NCBI RefSeq assembly: GCF_963921235.1
Contig: NC_086108.1
Coordinates: 33,730,001-33,794,000 of the forward strand
Origin: Mobula hypostoma
Taxonomy: Eukaryota
DNA: 64,000 bases
Direction: 5' to 3'
Positions 62,813 to 64,000 of this stretch are shown piece after piece; the first letter of the stretch is position 1, and the number at the start of each line of letters is the position of its first letter. The notes beneath the pieces were generated by a model. It ran no database searches, had not been told where the DNA came from, and was given only the letters and a program-made list of their open reading frames with translations. The position numbers and the translations under genes are program-made.

Positions 62813-63690
62813 ACTTTTACATTAGTGTTGACTTCCCTTGTCAGCCACAGATGTACTATTTTACCATTTGAGTATTTCTTCATTTTTGGAATACATCTTT
62901 TCTGAACTTTCCTCAATTTTTCCCAGAAATTTACATCATTGCTGTCTCTGCTGTCATCCCTGCCAGCATCTCCTTCCAATTTACTTTGGTCAACTCCTCT
63001 CCCATACCACTCCTTTTATCCACTGAAATACTGCTACATCAGACTTTACTTTATCCCTGTCAAATTTCAAGTTGAACTCAGTCATATTGTGATTACTGCC
63101 TCCAAAGGGCTCTTTCACCTTAAGCTCCATAATCACCTCCAGTTCATTACATAACACCCAATCCAGTATAGCTGATCCTCTAGTAGGCTTAACATCAAAC
63201 TGCTCTAAAAAGCCATCTTGTAGGGATTCAACAAGCTCACTCTCCTGAGATCCATTATCAACTTGATTTTCCCAATCAACTTGCATGTTATAATCTCCCA
63301 TGACTATCATAACATTGCCCTTTTGAGATGCCTTTTCTATTTCCCATTGTAATCTGTGGTACACATCCCAACTACTTTTTGGAGACCTGTATATATCTGC
63401 CATCAGGGTCCTTTTACCCTTGCAGTTTCTTAACTCAACCCACAAGGATTCAATATCTTCCAATTCCATGTCACATCTTTCTACTGATTTGATGCCATTC
63501 TTTACCAGCGGAGATGTGCCTCCCCCCTTCCTACTTTCCTATCCCTCCGATACAATGTGTAACCTTCAGCTTCCAACTACAACCATCCTTCAGCTATGAT
63601 CTGGTGAAGGCCACAACATCATACCTGACAATCTGTAATAGTGTAACAAGATCATCCACCTTATTTCTTATACTCCATGCATTGAGATAA
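62813..63690 (-). mobile_element. CR1 LINE (APE part), continuation of 57205-58908
   Basis: ORF 62990..63469(-) ESLWVELRN, IYRSP, MGDYN, PTRGSAILDWVL. Sequence is contiguous across the RTE TSD. Confidence 0.92.
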
Positions 63691-63697
63691 ACATTGA

Positions 63698-64000
63698 GAT
63701 GACCCCTGTTTCCATCCAGGGGGTCAATGTGGACATGGTGGCAGATTACAAATACCTGGGGATACGAATTGACAATAAACTGGACCGGTCAAAGAACACT
63801 GAGGCTGTCTACAAGAAGGGCCAGAGCCGTCTCTATTTCCTGAGGAGACTGAGGTCCTTTAACATCTGCCGGATGATGCTGAGGATGTTCTACGAGTCTG
63901 TGGTGGCCAGTGCGATCATGTTTGCTGTTGTGTGCTGGGGCAGCAGGCTGAGGGTAGCAGACACCAGCAGAATCAACAAACTCATTTGTAAGGCCAGTGA
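63698..64000 (+). mobile_element. Rex1/Babar-clade LINE RT C-terminal fragment (runs off window)
   Basis: Open frame TPVSIQGVNVDMVADYKYLGIRIDNKL...KKGQSRLYFLRRLRSFNI...MFYESVVASAI. Confidence 0.88.

Overview
This is eukaryotic, repeat-rich, AT-rich non-genic DNA. The repeat repertoire points to a cartilaginous fish, probably a ray; this is an inference from family recognition, not a search. I found no convincing host protein-coding exon, and nearly every informative ORF belongs to a transposable element. The window holds many CR1 LINE fragments and a full-length ~3.9 kb RTE LINE with a 10-bp TSD nested inside a CR1. It also holds two internally deleted Hero-type (R2-superfamily, RLE) non-LTR copies, an L1-like 3' end and Rex1/Babar fragments. 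DNA transposons include a near-complete IR-DR Tc1 (DD34E) plus Tigger-, Tc1- and mariner-derived MITEs, and there are several tRNA-SINEs. A Penelope-like (GIY-YIG) family is accompanied by many short fold-back derivatives. The most interesting signals are RNA structures in these retroelements: (i) minimal hammerhead ribozyme cores in the Penelope-derived palindromic elements, including a tandem pair that could form a double hammerhead; (ii) an HDV-like nested pseudoknot topology at the exact 5' end of the RTE; (iii) a Hero-derived non-autonomous family with a pseudoknotted 3' UTR and a head-to-tail junction suggesting RT template jumping. Boundaries of old repeats are approximate.
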